A stretch of DNA of 64,000 bases, from assembly GCF_000143415.4 (NCBI RefSeq), contig NW_003314278.1, forward strand, positions 962,682-1,026,681. Reading direction: 5' to 3'. This stretch comes from Selaginella moellendorffii (lineage: Eukaryota > Plantae > Lycopodiophyta). The first letter of the stretch is position 1. Each line of letters starts with the position of its first letter. Below the pieces are notes generated by a model. It was not told where the DNA came from and made no database searches. It saw only the letters and a list, made by a program, of their open reading frames with translations. A program made the position numbers and the translations under genes. This document shows, piece after piece, positions 63,412 to 64,000 of the stretch.

Positions 63412-63803
63412 GTACCCATGAGGCTTGTGGTGGTCCCACGGTGTTCCGAAATGTTGTCCCAAAGTCCCTTCGGGTCGAGCCCAGCTATCGTTTGAACGAA
63501 CCACCGCCTCAGCACCCTCGACCAGCTCAATCTTATGTTCTATCGGTCGTGCGGGGGGCGTACCCATGAGGCTTGCGGTGGTCCCACGGTGTTCCCACGG
63601 TGTTCCGAAATGTTGTCCCAAAGTCCCTTCGGGTCGAGCCCAGCTATCGTTTGAACGAACCACCGCCTCAGCACCCTCGACCAGCTCAATCTTATGTTCT
63701 ATCGGTCGTGCGGGGGGCGTACCCATGAGGCTTGCGGTGGTCCCACGGTGTTCCCACGGTGTTCCGAAATGTTGTCCCAAAGTCCCTTCAGGTCGAGCCC
63801 AGC
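63348..63803. repeat. Three tandem patchwork units (148-159 bp) at the B3/TRIM junction
   Basis: Units start at 63348, 63496 and 63655. Each is a B pol piece plus an A2-LTR piece plus a TRIM interior piece; the first two also end in an inverted B piece. Confidence 0.9.
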
Positions 63804-64000
63804 GGGAGCAAACTGGACCAGCCAGATGTCAATCAACATGTGGTGTAATTCCCTTAACCAACCAACAGAGTCAGACCCGAGACCGCTCCGATACCAAATG
63901 TAAGCTCTTGAGTTTGGACTTCCCGGGAGGTCACCCAACCCAGTACTATTCACACTCAAGGACGCTTAACCCTAAATATCCCAAGACCCTTAACCGATTG
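63785..64000 (-). mobile_element. Cassandra-like 5S-TRIM: partial interior, PBS and LTR (63899->64000)
   Basis: Matches 51017-51127 and 50731-50830; 5S motif rc GGTTAAGCGTCCTTGAGTGTGAATAGTACTGGGTTGGGTGACCTCCCGGGAAGTCC at 63916-63971. Confidence 0.9.

Noticed and set aside
63385-63530. Novel N-terminus on the B3 pol ORF
   Set aside because: Chance open frame through the patchwork repeat, with no ATG-led gag or protease.

Overview
Eukaryotic, almost certainly land-plant, repeat-dense heterochromatic window with no recognisable host gene; a non-seed plant is my inference from the bryophyte-like 5S motif as I recall it. It is a stack of nested transposons. (i) An old decayed Ty3/gypsy element (<1-30345) holds a 5'-truncated L1-like LINE (2290-29334, 16-bp TSD). 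Three young LTR elements inserted into that LINE: a non-coding LARD (A1) and two copies of an autonomous chromovirus (B1, B2). (ii) 30.3-38.2 kb is decayed LTR/LINE debris, including a solo LTR carrying a 5S-rRNA internal promoter (Cassandra-like). (iii) 38.2-44.2 kb has a decayed Sola/DUF7869-like transposase and a divergent ORF, both with palindrome-studded introns. (iv) 44.2-50 kb is a Gag-only, tRNA-Arg-primed LTR element. (v) 50.7-64 kb is a chimera of the 5S-TRIM and chromovirus B, with a second LARD (A2) nested inside. The main discovery is that family B has short spliceosomal-type GT-AG introns. Two (47 and 52 nt) split integrase and must be removed to rebuild the D-35-E active site and join the chromodomain. 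A third (66 nt) would excise the primer-binding site, so spliced mRNA could not be reverse-transcribed, which would explain why the introns persist. A fourth (55 nt) would give Gag-only protein. B appears to be the helper of two non-autonomous partners, the LARD and the 5S-TRIM, and shares a covarying, tRNA-T-arm-containing RNA structure with the LARD. All splicing claims are sequence-based predictions; no transcript data were available.
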